In this document: one piece after another, positions 1 through 11,250 of the stretch | How positions within the stretch are numbered: the stretch's first letter is position 1 | How the letters are laid out: the number at the start of each line of letters is the position of its first letter | Source: Candidatus Zhuqueibacterota bacterium | GTDB taxonomy: Bacteria > Zhuqueibacterota > JdFR-76 > DREG01 | DNA: 64,000 nucleotides | Direction of reading: 5' to 3' | Assembly (NCBI GenBank): GCA_022566355.1 | Contig: JADFJB010000006.1 | Coordinates: forward strand, 67-64,066 | Position numbers and translations under genes: made by a program | The notes under the pieces: model-generated | Told to the model about the DNA's origin: nothing | What the model saw: only the letters and a program-made list of their open reading frames with translations | Database searches by the model: none

Positions 1-180
1 AAGATGGCGCAGTTGGAAGCCTATTTGCAAAAACTAACATCGTTCTCAGAAAATCAAAATAGTCCAGTGGAAATCAGTTTAATGCTAAAGAAAAATTCTC
101 AAGATAAATAATCGTAAGAACACAAAACCTATTTAAAGCCTTTTTTAAAGAAGCTATAACGAGAATTTTAGGAGCATAAC

Positions 181-729
181 ATGAAGAACCCATTCTCAAT
201 TTTGTTCAACACCGCATTATTTTTAATTTGCAGCCAGCATAGCATCGCCCAAATCACCGTATCCAAAAGTGTAATGAGCAATGGCGGTGTGGTTGTTATC
301 AACGGCGAATATGCCATGCTGGGAACGGTTGGACAAACATTCGTCGGAGTTACTGAGAATTCAACCCATGTAAACCGGGTCGGCTTCTGGTATCTTACCG
401 ATCAAACAGTGGCAACAGATGTTGCTGATGAAACAAATACCAGTTTACCAACTGAATTCGGTCTTGACCAAAACTATCCAAACCCCTTCAACCCGGAAAC
501 AGAAATTCCATTCCGGATTCCGGAAGAATCCGATGTTGTATTAAAGATATTCAACATTCGCGGCCAGCTTGTGCGTGCACTCATACAAGCTGATTACACG
601 CCTGGATTTCACAGCATTCGCTGGGATGGCAAGGATAACAATGGCATGACTGTTTCGAGTGGTGTGTATATTTATCGATTTCAGGCTGGGGAATTTATTC
701 ACGTAAAGAAGATGAGTTTGCTTCGTTGA
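181..729 (+). CDS. Small secreted protein with T9SS-type C-terminal sorting domain
   Basis: N-terminal hydrophobic signal (FNTALFLICSQHSIAQ). C-terminal ~80 aa carries the NYPNPFNP...IYIYRF...IHVKKMSLLR pattern typical of Por/T9SS C-terminal sorting domains. AGGAG RBS upstream of the ATG at 181. Confidence 0.6.
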   Translation: MKNPFSILFNTALFLICSQHSIAQITVSKSVMSNGGVVVINGEYAMLGTVGQTFVGVTENSTHVNRVGFWYLTDQTVATDVADETNTSLPTEFGLDQNYPNPFNPETEIPFRIPEESDVVLKIFNIRGQLVRALIQADYTPGFHSIRWDGKDNNGMTVSSGVYIYRFQAGEFIHVKKMSLLR

Positions 730-788
730 GTGAGGACTTCAATAGCGATACCATCGCTTCGGTACTAACTAATAAATTGTTTTTTTAA

Positions 789-3209
<2,421 letters not shown>

Positions 3210-3430
3210 AGGCATCTCCTGGAAGGAAGTAATAGAGATACTTACTCTGTAAGGAGAATTAGTATGAGAAAGTCAAATTCAATTTGGGTGTTGATCGCTT
3301 TTGCTGCTGGTATCCAAATCCCGCGCATCCGGTTATTGTCTAGTTTGCCCTATTTACTTGGCTGTCATGGCCGAGAGCCTGGACGAATTCGAGAAGCGTT
3401 TGAAGGCGGATGGAATCATATAAGGTCCAT

Positions 3431-3673
3431 CTGCTGAAATTAGCCGACCGTGATATTAGAAAGATTGACGAACAACAAATTAGGCGCATTCTGGATGTGA
3501 TTCGGTCGCTTGCGGAAGATCCTTTTCAGACACAGCACAAGAAACTAAAGGAATAGGAGTCAGCATACCGTTAGCGCGTCGGTGATTATCGTGTAATATA
3601 TGAGGTAAACAAAGCGAAAAGGACCGTAAAGATTTTCTACATTCGACACAGAAAAGATGTTTATCGAAAGTAA
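3431..3673 (+). pseudogene. RelE/ParE-family toxin remnant with two in-frame TAG stops
   Basis: Translation LLKLADRDIRKIDEQQIRRILDVIRSLAEDPFQTQHKKLKE*ESAYR*RVGDYRVIYEVNKAKRTVKIFYIRHRKDVYRK matches the conserved RelE core (KKLKG...YRLRVGDYRVIY...RHRKDVY), but with two internal stops. Confidence 0.5.
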
Positions 3674-3726
3674 TGCACCGTTTCCTCACAACCCGACGAT
3701 CACTTTTTTTTGGATAACCCCGCCTT

Positions 3727-3870
3727 AGCGATAATTCTCCACAATCTGCGCAATCTCCCCCTCACTCAGGTCCGGCAACTCGGATCTCCTGGTCCGGCTT
3801 TTGGTGCTTGCTGATGTTTTCCAGGTAGGTCACGTAGAGCCCGTTTCACCGGGTCGTAGATGTCGTGGTA
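3727..3870 (-). repeat. Decayed duplicate of the 3' end (last ~19 codons plus ~80 nt of patchy similarity) of the gene at 4699..5445
   Basis: Minus-strand translation ends ELPDLSEGEIAQIVENYR*, against ELPDLSEGKIAQIVENYR* in the intact gene. The nucleotide alignment ttctccacaatctgcgc[a/g]atct...tcactcag... is ~75% identical over ~65 nt, and further shared blocks (ccgtttcacc) lie beyond it. Confidence 0.6.
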
Positions 3871-3945
3871 GGTTTAGATTGGAATATATAGGACACGGTT
3901 TATCCATTCTTCTGCTTCTGTTGCAATCCAAAGCAGGATTAGTTC

Positions 3946-4212
3946 TCAATAGCTGTATGAACACTGAGATGCTGTGGAACAATTAGGACACCTGGGCTTT
4001 CTTGTGAGGAAATAAATTGCGCGAAATTGCCTGGGTATGCTCTTTTTATCATGCTGTGACCAGGATGCGCTCTTCGTCTGCAGCAATTTTAAGAACATCT
4101 AAATCGAGTTTTCCCTCAAGCCCGGCTGCCGTTGCCGTTTGAAAGTCGATGGCAGGTTCACGGCGAATAACACCATTTAGAATAATGTGACTGAAGTCAG
4201 CATCGGCCTGAA
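3946..4212 (-). pseudogene. DUF5615 (PIN-like) protein, frameshifted
   Basis: Minus-strand translation (L)KTKFQADADFSHIILNGVIRREPAIDFQTATAAGLEGKLDLDVLKIAADEERILVTA* continues after a one-base shift as DKKSIPRQFRAIYFLTRKPRCPNCSTASQ. The N-terminal FxxDxD, RILVTxDKD and C-terminal NCST motifs fit DUF5615. It lies directly downstream of the DUF433 gene, as in canonical DUF433-DUF5615 pairs. Confidence 0.5.
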
Positions 4213-4221
4213 ATTTAGTTT

Positions 4222-4539
4222 TCAAATCAGTTCTGCTTTTCGTTTTCGTCTGGCATCAGCCAGTTTGAGGTAAAAACCGGGATCTGCTTGCTGAGCAGTT
4301 TTAAGTTTAGCTTCATAATCAGCCCGTTGATTTTTGAGGTATGCGTCAATGTTCTTTTTGTTGGCCAGGTAATAGGCAATGGCGCCGTAAACCTGCTCAA
4401 GGGAGAGCACAGGAAAAGCCTGAGCAATACTTTCAGCGGATTGCCCCTCCAGGAAAGCATAAACCACAGAATCAAGAGAAACTCTACTTCCTACAATCCA
4501 ATAACCTTCTTTCCGTTTTTCTATGTATGGTTTTTTCAT
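4222..4539 (-). CDS. DUF433 family protein (antitoxin-like partner of DUF5615)
   Basis: 105 aa, MKKPYIEKRKEGYWIVGSRVSLDSVVYAFLEGQSAESIAQAFPVLSLEQVYGAIAYY..., typical of DUF433. Adjacent to the DUF5615 remnant. Confidence 0.7.
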   Translation of the reverse strand: MKKPYIEKRKEGYWIVGSRVSLDSVVYAFLEGQSAESIAQAFPVLSLEQVYGAIAYYLANKKNIDAYLKNQRADYEAKLKTAQQADPGFYLKLADARRKRKAELI

Positions 4540-4698
4540 CGTATTTCTCCTGAAAGGCGTTGATCAACTCCAAGGAGCTCAAGAGATCCTAATTATCTAT
4601 CGATAATCGCTTTGCTCCTAGATAGCATGTGTCTCTGTGTGCACAAATAATATTACAAAAACTAATGACAAATCAAACCTTTTTGGGACAACCCTAGC

Positions 4699-5445
4699 CT
4701 ATCTGTAGTTCTCCACAATCTGCGCGATCTTACCTTCACTCAGATCGGGGAGCTCGATCTCGTAGTGAAACAGCGTGCTCTCCGTCACCACCGTTTCACC
4801 TGGCCCGTGCAGCTCCAAGCGGATCTCCAGCAGCCAGGGACCTTTGCGACAGTAGTCGTCCCACTTAAGCGTGCGCTCGATGTAGAAAAGTTCGTTATTA
4901 ATAGCGTCCGCGAGGCGCTGCTTCTCTTTGTTATGCCTTTGCAGCTCGGCATTCCCGGCTTGCGTGGTGTCCGGTGCGTGCACCTTCACAAACTCTGCAA
5001 CTTGAGGCTTGAGAATGTCCAGCCAGCGCCGGCGGCGGACCAGGGCGTCTTCCAGCTTAGGCCAACCGAACTCCCGCAGCTTAACCTTGCCGCTTCTCTT
5101 GAATTCCTCGATCTGTTTTTCGCTCAGACGCCAGGGGTATTTCGACCATTGAAAGGATTCTAACTTCTTACTCTCCAGATAGGCCTCGAAAGGACTCACC
5201 ACTTCTTGGAGCTTGGCAAGAAGCTCGTTGAAGTCACGGTCGAGTCGTGCGTGCAGGCTGTCGTTGGAGAAATGTTCCTGGACGAAGGCTGAGTCGCGAT
5301 AGGCGCCTGGGCAGATTTGTGCCTGTCCGCGCGCTGCAATGGGAAGAAAAAGGGAGAACAGCCAGAAGCCGGCAGTAATCGAGCTAAGCCGCGTTTTGGC
5401 AATCGATAGCATCAGAGGTTCTTGGAAAATTTTCTGAAGGATCAT
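4699..5445 (-). CDS. Hypothetical secreted protein (probable start at internal Met MLSIAK..., signal peptide)
   Basis: 248-aa ORF with an internal signal-like segment ITAGFWLFSLFLPIAARGQAQ. No recognisable domain. Its 3' end is duplicated at 3727..3870. Confidence 0.45.
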   Translation of the reverse strand: MILQKIFQEPLMLSIAKTRLSSITAGFWLFSLFLPIAARGQAQICPGAYRDSAFVQEHFSNDSLHARLDRDFNELLAKLQEVVSPFEAYLESKKLESFQWSKYPWRLSEKQIEEFKRSGKVKLREFGWPKLEDALVRRRRWLDILKPQVAEFVKVHAPDTTQAGNAELQRHNKEKQRLADAINNELFYIERTLKWDDYCRKGPWLLEIRLELHGPGETVVTESTLFHYEIELPDLSEGKIAQIVENYR

Positions 5446-5495
5446 TTTTGCGAAAGCCGGGTCCGTGACTTGCTTTTCAGTTCCTCGTGCGTCCC

Positions 5496-6042
5496 TTACT
5501 GCAGGTAGAGCTGGTCGTGGCGTCGTGCTTCAGTTTCGTTTCCCAGCTTCCAATATAGGGTGGCCAGATGGAATATCGCTTCCGTGTAGTCTGAGTCGAG
5601 TTCAAGCACTTTTTTGTAAAGCACTGTTGCACGAGACCAATCGTGCTTGGACGCTCCGTCTCTGTAAGCGTAGGCCAGGTTAAAGTTTCCCTGGACGTGT
5701 GTTGGGGCGACCTGGAGGAGTTCCTTGTAGTAGCGGATCGGCCTCCGTCCTGTCGCCAAGCTTTTGATGTGAGAACGCCAAATTGAACAAAAGATCAGGA
5801 TCCTTGGCCTGTGACGCATCTAATTCGAGAAGTTTCTGATAGCTCGCGTGTGCATCTTGGTACTTTCCCTGCCTTTTGTGGAACTCGGTGAGCCACCTGT
5901 AGCCTTTCAGATAGTTAGGACGGAGACGAATGGCAGCGAGTAATTCTCTTTCCGCATCTTGGATTTGTCCATTTTTCTCCAGACCATACGCTAGATGTAA
6001 ATGCGCCTCAGGCGGTGGGTTCTTCTTTTGGTATCCGGACAC
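5496..6042 (-). pseudogene. TPR-repeat protein disrupted by frameshift
   Basis: Two overlapping minus-strand ORFs (5496..5819 and 5680..6042) both encode TPR-like repeats (AYAYRDGASKHDW...LELDSDYTEAIFHLATLYWKLGNETEA and LHLAYGLEKNGQIQDAERELLAAIRLRPNYLKGYRWLTEFHKRQGKYQDAHASYQKLLELD). Upstream, 6040-6600 is GC-rich non-coding DNA containing stop-interrupted protein-like fragments. Confidence 0.5.
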
Positions 6043-6547
6043 GTCTCTTGGGCCCTCGTGTCAAGGCTAGCCGAAGTTTTCTCCTCCACCGGCCTTGGAA
6101 AGTGGAAAGGCTGATTTCCTCATACTGGCCCCAACCCACATTGCCGATGTACAGGGTAGCTCGGAGCAAACGCTATCCCTACCGGTAGTTTAAAACTCCT
6201 GCCGGAGGCTGCGTTTCTAGTAACAAATTTGGACGGCAATTGCTGGGCGGAGACACTTCCCCACGAAGGTCAAGAAAGCGCCAACTAAGGCGGTCATGGT
6301 ACGTCTGGTTATCATGGTTGAACTCCCAAATGTTGAATTGCCCAGTACAGGAGGCACCGGGTGGCTATGAATAATTACAAAGACTTACGGGCTCAAATGG
6401 GACTGAGCGTAGCTCCTAAGAAATCAACTCACCATTAATGTTGATCATTTTAGATTTGTAAGAAATTGAGAGTATTAATTTATTGTGGGATTTTCAATTA
6501 ATCTCAGGTAGGAAGTAGTATCTGCAAATATCAAATTTAAAAAAGTA

Positions 6548-6557
6548 GGGGGGGGGG
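6548..6557. repeat. Homopolymeric G10 tract
   Basis: Direct read: agtaGGGGGGGGGGtaaaat. It lies ~40 nt past the stop of the 6595..8250 gene. Confidence 0.9.
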
Positions 6558-6594
6558 TAAAATATTCATCCTTGGCAGGTTTTTCTCATGTGTT

Positions 6595-8250
6595 TCATTG
6601 GTTATTAACTTTTACTCGAACATTCATGGGACCTTTGGGCGGTACGGCGATCTTCACAGAAGCTCCTGAAGTTATTTGATTGCCAACCTTTCCGTTCTCG
6701 TCTACTAGTGCATTAGATGGTAATGAGAAATAACCCTGGCCATCAGCGACACTTTGGTCAATTACGAGAATCCCGGTAAACACCGTTCCAGGTACGGATC
6801 CGTTAAGATTCACAGTTGTGGTTGAACTGTCGCTTTCATTAAAAACCAAGAGAGAGGGCAATGTTGTAACAAGTTTCGAAGTTGTTAAAGTTACCTGGAT
6901 GTTTCCGGTCTTAACAGGTGATGGGTTGTCAACTGTAACTGTTGCGGTTGGTACAGCATTGGTTATATCTACCGGCTCGAAACTCAATGTAAAATTTTGT
7001 TCCTGGGGAAGTCCACTCGCAACATTTTTTGATGAATGCATGCTATCACATAAAGATCGCCAGTTTGGAGCGGGGTACTTTCCGCCGATGCTTTCAGTGC
7101 GCACCTTGACTCTGTCAGAATAAACTTCGACATATTTGTAAACTCCTCCTTCAAAATTTGCTGCCACAGTGGTATAGATCATATCATCAGGGCTATCAAA
7201 TGTTAAGTGATCAGATGAAGACAAGAAGCGTTCACCATTCTTATGTTGACCCGCAGAGGTCATATGATCGTGGCCTGCAAAGGAAATTAAAACATTGCCA
7301 TGAGTTTTGAGAGTATTTATTAATGTTCCATTTTTCTTCAAATAAAAAGTTGAACAACTAGAACATTCACATCCAAGGTTAGAATTAGGGCCTTTATCGT
7401 CCCGGGAATAAATGGCATTGGCATGAGTAAAATAAAATACTTTCTTGTCTTTGTTCGTTTTAAGTACATCGTTCAACCAGTTATTATCTGGGTTTCCACC
7501 ATGTTTTACACCTTGGACAACAAAGAGAAAACTGCCTTGAGTCCAGTAATAGTTAAACTTATCACCAGTCGTTCCGTTGTAGGGTTCGCTACCGAAAACT
7601 TCAATATAGCCCGCTCCATTGTCATGCTCTATTTTGCCCCATTCACACTTACTGCTCCTTGAGGAGTTTTCATCATACCAATGTTCCCTGTGAGACATCG
7701 TATCATGGTTGTGTGTTAAAAGATAATAAGGAGCTTGTAAACCATCAGCAATACTCTTGAAATCCTGAAATGCTTCCGCTGTCGTTCCTGCTACTTTTTT
7801 ATCATTACCGCACCCCTCGGTAATTGTCCTTAAAGCTCCTTCAATATTATCTCCGGTAAATATAACAAATCCAGGTTTGGGGTGATTGGTTTGACTGTTA
7901 ATCGTGTTTACAAAATCATTCAGAGCATTGTTGTATTTATTTTCTGGTCCATGCCAGTTATCACTTATATGTGTATCTGATACTTGCACAAAAGTAAAAA
8001 GCAGAATCTCACTCTGAGCCGGAGCTGGAGATTCTTCTTTTGTCAATGATGAATTATTTGGTCGATTAATTTTCAGAGACCCTACATCAACACTAGCACT
8101 AGCATTAGCATTAGCATTAGCATTAGTACTTATCAAAAATGTTAAGACAAAAGTCAAACAATATATAAATATTAAGCAATAGGGAAGATGGCTGTTAAAA
8201 GAATGGTACAATCTTGAACATTTGGCTAAGTTATCAAGAAGTTTTTTCAT
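6595..8250 (-). CDS. Calcineurin-like metallophosphoesterase with N-terminal signal anchor and (Asn-Ala)n low-complexity linker
   Basis: Metallophosphoesterase motifs FVQVSDTHI, FTGDNIEG, FYFTHANAIYS and AGHDHM. The start is placed at MKKLLDNL (GAGGAG RBS 3 nt upstream) rather than the ORF-track start at 8319. Confidence 0.65.
   Translation of the reverse strand: MKKLLDNLAKCSRLYHSFNSHLPYCLIFIYCLTFVLTFLISTNANANANASASVDVGSLKINRPNNSSLTKEESPAPAQSEILLFTFVQVSDTHISDNWHGPENKYNNALNDFVNTINSQTNHPKPGFVIFTGDNIEGALRTITEGCGNDKKVAGTTAEAFQDFKSIADGLQAPYYLLTHNHDTMSHREHWYDENSSRSSKCEWGKIEHDNGAGYIEVFGSEPYNGTTGDKFNYYWTQGSFLFVVQGVKHGGNPDNNWLNDVLKTNKDKKVFYFTHANAIYSRDDKGPNSNLGCECSSCSTFYLKKNGTLINTLKTHGNVLISFAGHDHMTSAGQHKNGERFLSSSDHLTFDSPDDMIYTTVAANFEGGVYKYVEVYSDRVKVRTESIGGKYPAPNWRSLCDSMHSSKNVASGLPQEQNFTLSFEPVDITNAVPTATVTVDNPSPVKTGNIQVTLTTSKLVTTLPSLLVFNESDSSTTTVNLNGSVPGTVFTGILVIDQSVADGQGYFSLPSNALVDENGKVGNQITSGASVKIAVPPKGPMNVRVKVNNQ
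8095..8124. repeat. Hexanucleotide microsatellite (AGCATT)5 inside the CDS, encoding NANANANA
   Basis: Direct read: agcactagcattagcattagcattagcattagt. On the minus strand this encodes the N-A repeats of the metallophosphoesterase linker, in frame. Confidence 0.85.
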
Positions 8251-8550
8251 AAACTCCTCTCTGATTCTAGATGCACAAAGGTGCATGAATAAAATTTTAT
8301 GATCTATATTATTTGGCAATTGTCTTTCTGCCGCTAATAATTAATTTGTTTAAACTCTATTAAAACTCTACTGTAAATGCTTGAATACACGCCTAAATCT
8401 CTAATCGGCATGATCACATAGTTAGTTAAACATTAATAGAAAGGTTAAAGAGGATAAACTTTGAAACTAATACTAATACAGTATACTCCGGATTAAAAAC
8501 TTGTCGAATTCACGAAAAAATAAACACATGATGTCCCCTGGAATTCACTG

Positions 8551-9450
8551 TTAAACCAGGAACCCACTTTCAAAATAATCTTTAATTCCGGATCGGATAT
8601 CAATTTTGGGTATAAAGCTTAGCTTTTCCTTTGCGAGGGTCATATCACACTCCGTATAATCCTGGTAGGTGTCCTTGTATGGATTGTCAAAATATTCGGC
8701 TATTCTGTTGGTCCCCAATATCTCATTTAGCATATCAATCAGCTTATTGAACATAACAGCCTCGCCATAGCCGCAATTCACAACACAACTTTCACGAGCT
8801 TTTGCCGCAAGCATATTTGCCCGAACCACATCCTGGATATAAATGTAATCGCGTTTTTGTTCTCCGTACTTGAAGAGCTTGGGATTGCCATTCCGCATCT
8901 GTTGTGCAAGGTGATAAATCATAGTTGCACGTTTACCTTTATGATTCTCCCGCGGTCCATACACATTGCAATATCGAAGTCCGACAATGGTTACACCGGG
9001 GTGCTGATCCGCAAATACCATAGCAAAATCATCCAACATCTTTTTGGACTCCGCATACGGTGTGTTTAGATCGAACGGCCCTTCTTCTTTGTAAGGCGCC
9101 GGCAATCGACCATAAATTGCTGTGGTCGAAGCATAAACGATACGTTTACACCCTTTTTCCACGGCATATGAAAACAGCTTTTCGGAGGATTCAAGATTGG
9201 CGCGCAGCATTTCTTTTCGATCCATTAACCTCGTATCGTTGATGGCTGCCTGGTGGAACAATACATCAAGTGCACCGATTTCATTCCAATCAATACCAAT
9301 TAAACTGGGCTGTAAATACTTACCGGAAAACCCCGGCAACTGCTGTTCGGCATCATGGCCGGTAATCGCAACCTCCCAACCTGCCTGTATAAGATGAAGG
9401 ACTAAATTCGATCCGATAAAACCGGTGCCGCCTGTCACCAAACATTTCAT
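8551..9450 (-). CDS. hldD: ADP-L-glycero-D-manno-heptose 6-epimerase
   Basis: N-terminal VTGGTGFIGSNL Rossmann motif. YAESK catalytic dyad. LRYCNVYGPRENHKGKRATMIYHLAQQMRNGNPKLFKYGEQKRDYIYIQDV aligns with the HldD/RfaD signature region. 299 aa. Confidence 0.8.
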   Translation of the reverse strand: MKCLVTGGTGFIGSNLVLHLIQAGWEVAITGHDAEQQLPGFSGKYLQPSLIGIDWNEIGALDVLFHQAAINDTRLMDRKEMLRANLESSEKLFSYAVEKGCKRIVYASTTAIYGRLPAPYKEEGPFDLNTPYAESKKMLDDFAMVFADQHPGVTIVGLRYCNVYGPRENHKGKRATMIYHLAQQMRNGNPKLFKYGEQKRDYIYIQDVVRANMLAAKARESCVVNCGYGEAVMFNKLIDMLNEILGTNRIAEYFDNPYKDTYQDYTECDMTLAKEKLSFIPKIDIRSGIKDYFESGFLV

Positions 9451-10280
9451 TTAACTTTCTCCTCATGAATGACTTTTCAAAATAACAATTAGGCCTGATC
9501 TATATCATAGCGCAGCTCAAGGCTGTAAACAAAAAATATACTTTAACAAATCAGATGTTCATTTTTAGACAGGATAAACAGGATTATCAGGATAAAAATC
9601 CAGTATATCTTGTTAATCCTGTCAAAAAAAGAAAAACAGCTATTAAAAAGTTTGTTCAAAAAACAAAGTTTTACACTGTAATAGCAAACCTTATCACTGT
9701 CATCCCGGAAGGATCTATTTTACAACTAATTTATACAACCAATTTTACTATTCCCTTTTTATGGAAATAGATCCAGTTGCGACGGGATGACATTAGGAAA
9801 CTTTAAGCTTAAAAGCTGATTCATGAATTCCAAGTTTGTAATATACTTCACAACATTGTGGTTTACAAGACAAGGTTAAGGTTGATGCTAAGGATAAAAT
9901 CAAGGTTAAGGTTGAGAATAAGTTTAGTTAGTGACTGAACAAAAACACCCAAGCTGTCATTCCCGCATGCTTTCAGGCAGTTAGATAACTACCAAAATGT
10001 CACCCCAGAATGCTTTTATCGGGGGTCTATTTGCATTAGTTAAGTACTCGCTTATGAACATGCAGAGGTGAAAAACCGGTTCTCGGACACCCTGGCTTTT
10101 ATCGCGGATCTTTAACCACTTATAAAAATATTCGTGCTTGACTAAAATGAAATTAGATATTACTTTTAAGAAAATTAGCATTAAATAAACTATCTAAATA
10201 AATGATAATAAATATGGATAACTAGCCTTTCATTTTTTATCTGAACTCGAAGAAAAGCAACATAAATTTCATTAATACAA

Positions 10281-10982
10281 ATGCATTACCATTTTTCCAA
10301 ATACGGTTTTCCGCTTTTTCTTCTTTCTTTATTTATCCTATTTTGGAGTTGTGAACCGCAAAAGGAAGATCTAAGTGAACAAGAGTTAGCTAACAAACAC
10401 AAGGCTGTCTTGCTGAATCCCGACCATGAATTCTGGCAAGAAACTGCGCCAGAACTTTTCAAAGTAAAAGTTGAAACTACAAAAGGGGATTTTGTCATTG
10501 AAGCTCATCGAAATTGGGCGCCCATTGGAGTAGACCGGTTTTATAATCTTGTGCGATCCGGTTTTTTTGACGATTCCCGGTTTTACCGGGTGAGGGTGGG
10601 TTTCATCGCGCAATTTGGCCTGCCGGGCAATCCGGAAATAACCAAAGCCTGGGAAAAGCGAACCATGCCGGATGATTCTGTTAAACAGAGTAATATTAGA
10701 GGAACTATTGCCTATGCCATGACCGGCCCGGACACAAGGACTACCCAACTGTATATCAACTATGGCGATAATTCAAGATTGGATGAGCAAGGATTCGCCC
10801 CGATTGGTCGTGTAATTGAAGGGATGGCTGTTGTGGATAGCCTATATTCAGGTTATGATGAAAGCGCCGGCGGGGGTATGCGTGGGGGAAAACAAGGCAA
10901 GATCTTGGAATTCGGCAATGCCCACCTTGATAAAGAATTTCCCAAACTTGATCGCCTGGAAAAGGCATATATTTTATTATAA
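10281..10982 (+). CDS. Cyclophilin-type peptidyl-prolyl cis-trans isomerase (secreted/lipoprotein)
   Basis: Conserved cyclophilin core: FYRVRVGFIAQFG, MPDDSVKQSNIRGTIAYAMTGPDTRTTQLYINYGDN, GRVIEGMAVVD. N-terminal signal peptide. Confidence 0.85.
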   Translation: MHYHFSKYGFPLFLLSLFILFWSCEPQKEDLSEQELANKHKAVLLNPDHEFWQETAPELFKVKVETTKGDFVIEAHRNWAPIGVDRFYNLVRSGFFDDSRFYRVRVGFIAQFGLPGNPEITKAWEKRTMPDDSVKQSNIRGTIAYAMTGPDTRTTQLYINYGDNSRLDEQGFAPIGRVIEGMAVVDSLYSGYDESAGGGMRGGKQGKILEFGNAHLDKEFPKLDRLEKAYILL

Positions 10983-11250
10983 GAAAAATGACCTTTCGCT
11001 TAAGGTGAGTTTTTTCAAGAACAAAGCGTTAACCGGCTTTAACATTTCTGATCTGTTGGGGGTCATAGTTTTGACCTTGAGTTCAATTTTAAAATTGTTT
11101 TCTCTTCAGTCTGTTAAACCTGTATACCATTGTATGTTCCGGTTCCCATTTGCTCATAAAAATCAAATTGAATGTGAAAGAATAATTGTTAGTTTTCATA
11201 AAATAGTGCATTAATTTACGTATTATATTCAAAACAATTATTCAAGGTCT

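Noticed and set aside
3431-3673. Possibility that in-frame TAGs indicate stop-codon reassignment
   Set aside because: TAG clearly terminates intact conserved genes in the window (for example pdxJ), so the RelE-like frame is simply a pseudogene.
8857-9397. Several 60-70-aa + strand ORFs inside hldD, and similar nested or antisense ORFs inside fabH, M1 peptidase, transketolase and others
   Set aside because: They are fully contained within strongly supported conserved CDSs on the opposite strand or another frame, with no RBS or conservation.
9555-9770. 71-aa ORF in the hldD/PPIase intergenic region
   Set aside because: Low-complexity, AT-rich, no RBS, and it lies in a divergent promoter region. 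Probably non-coding.
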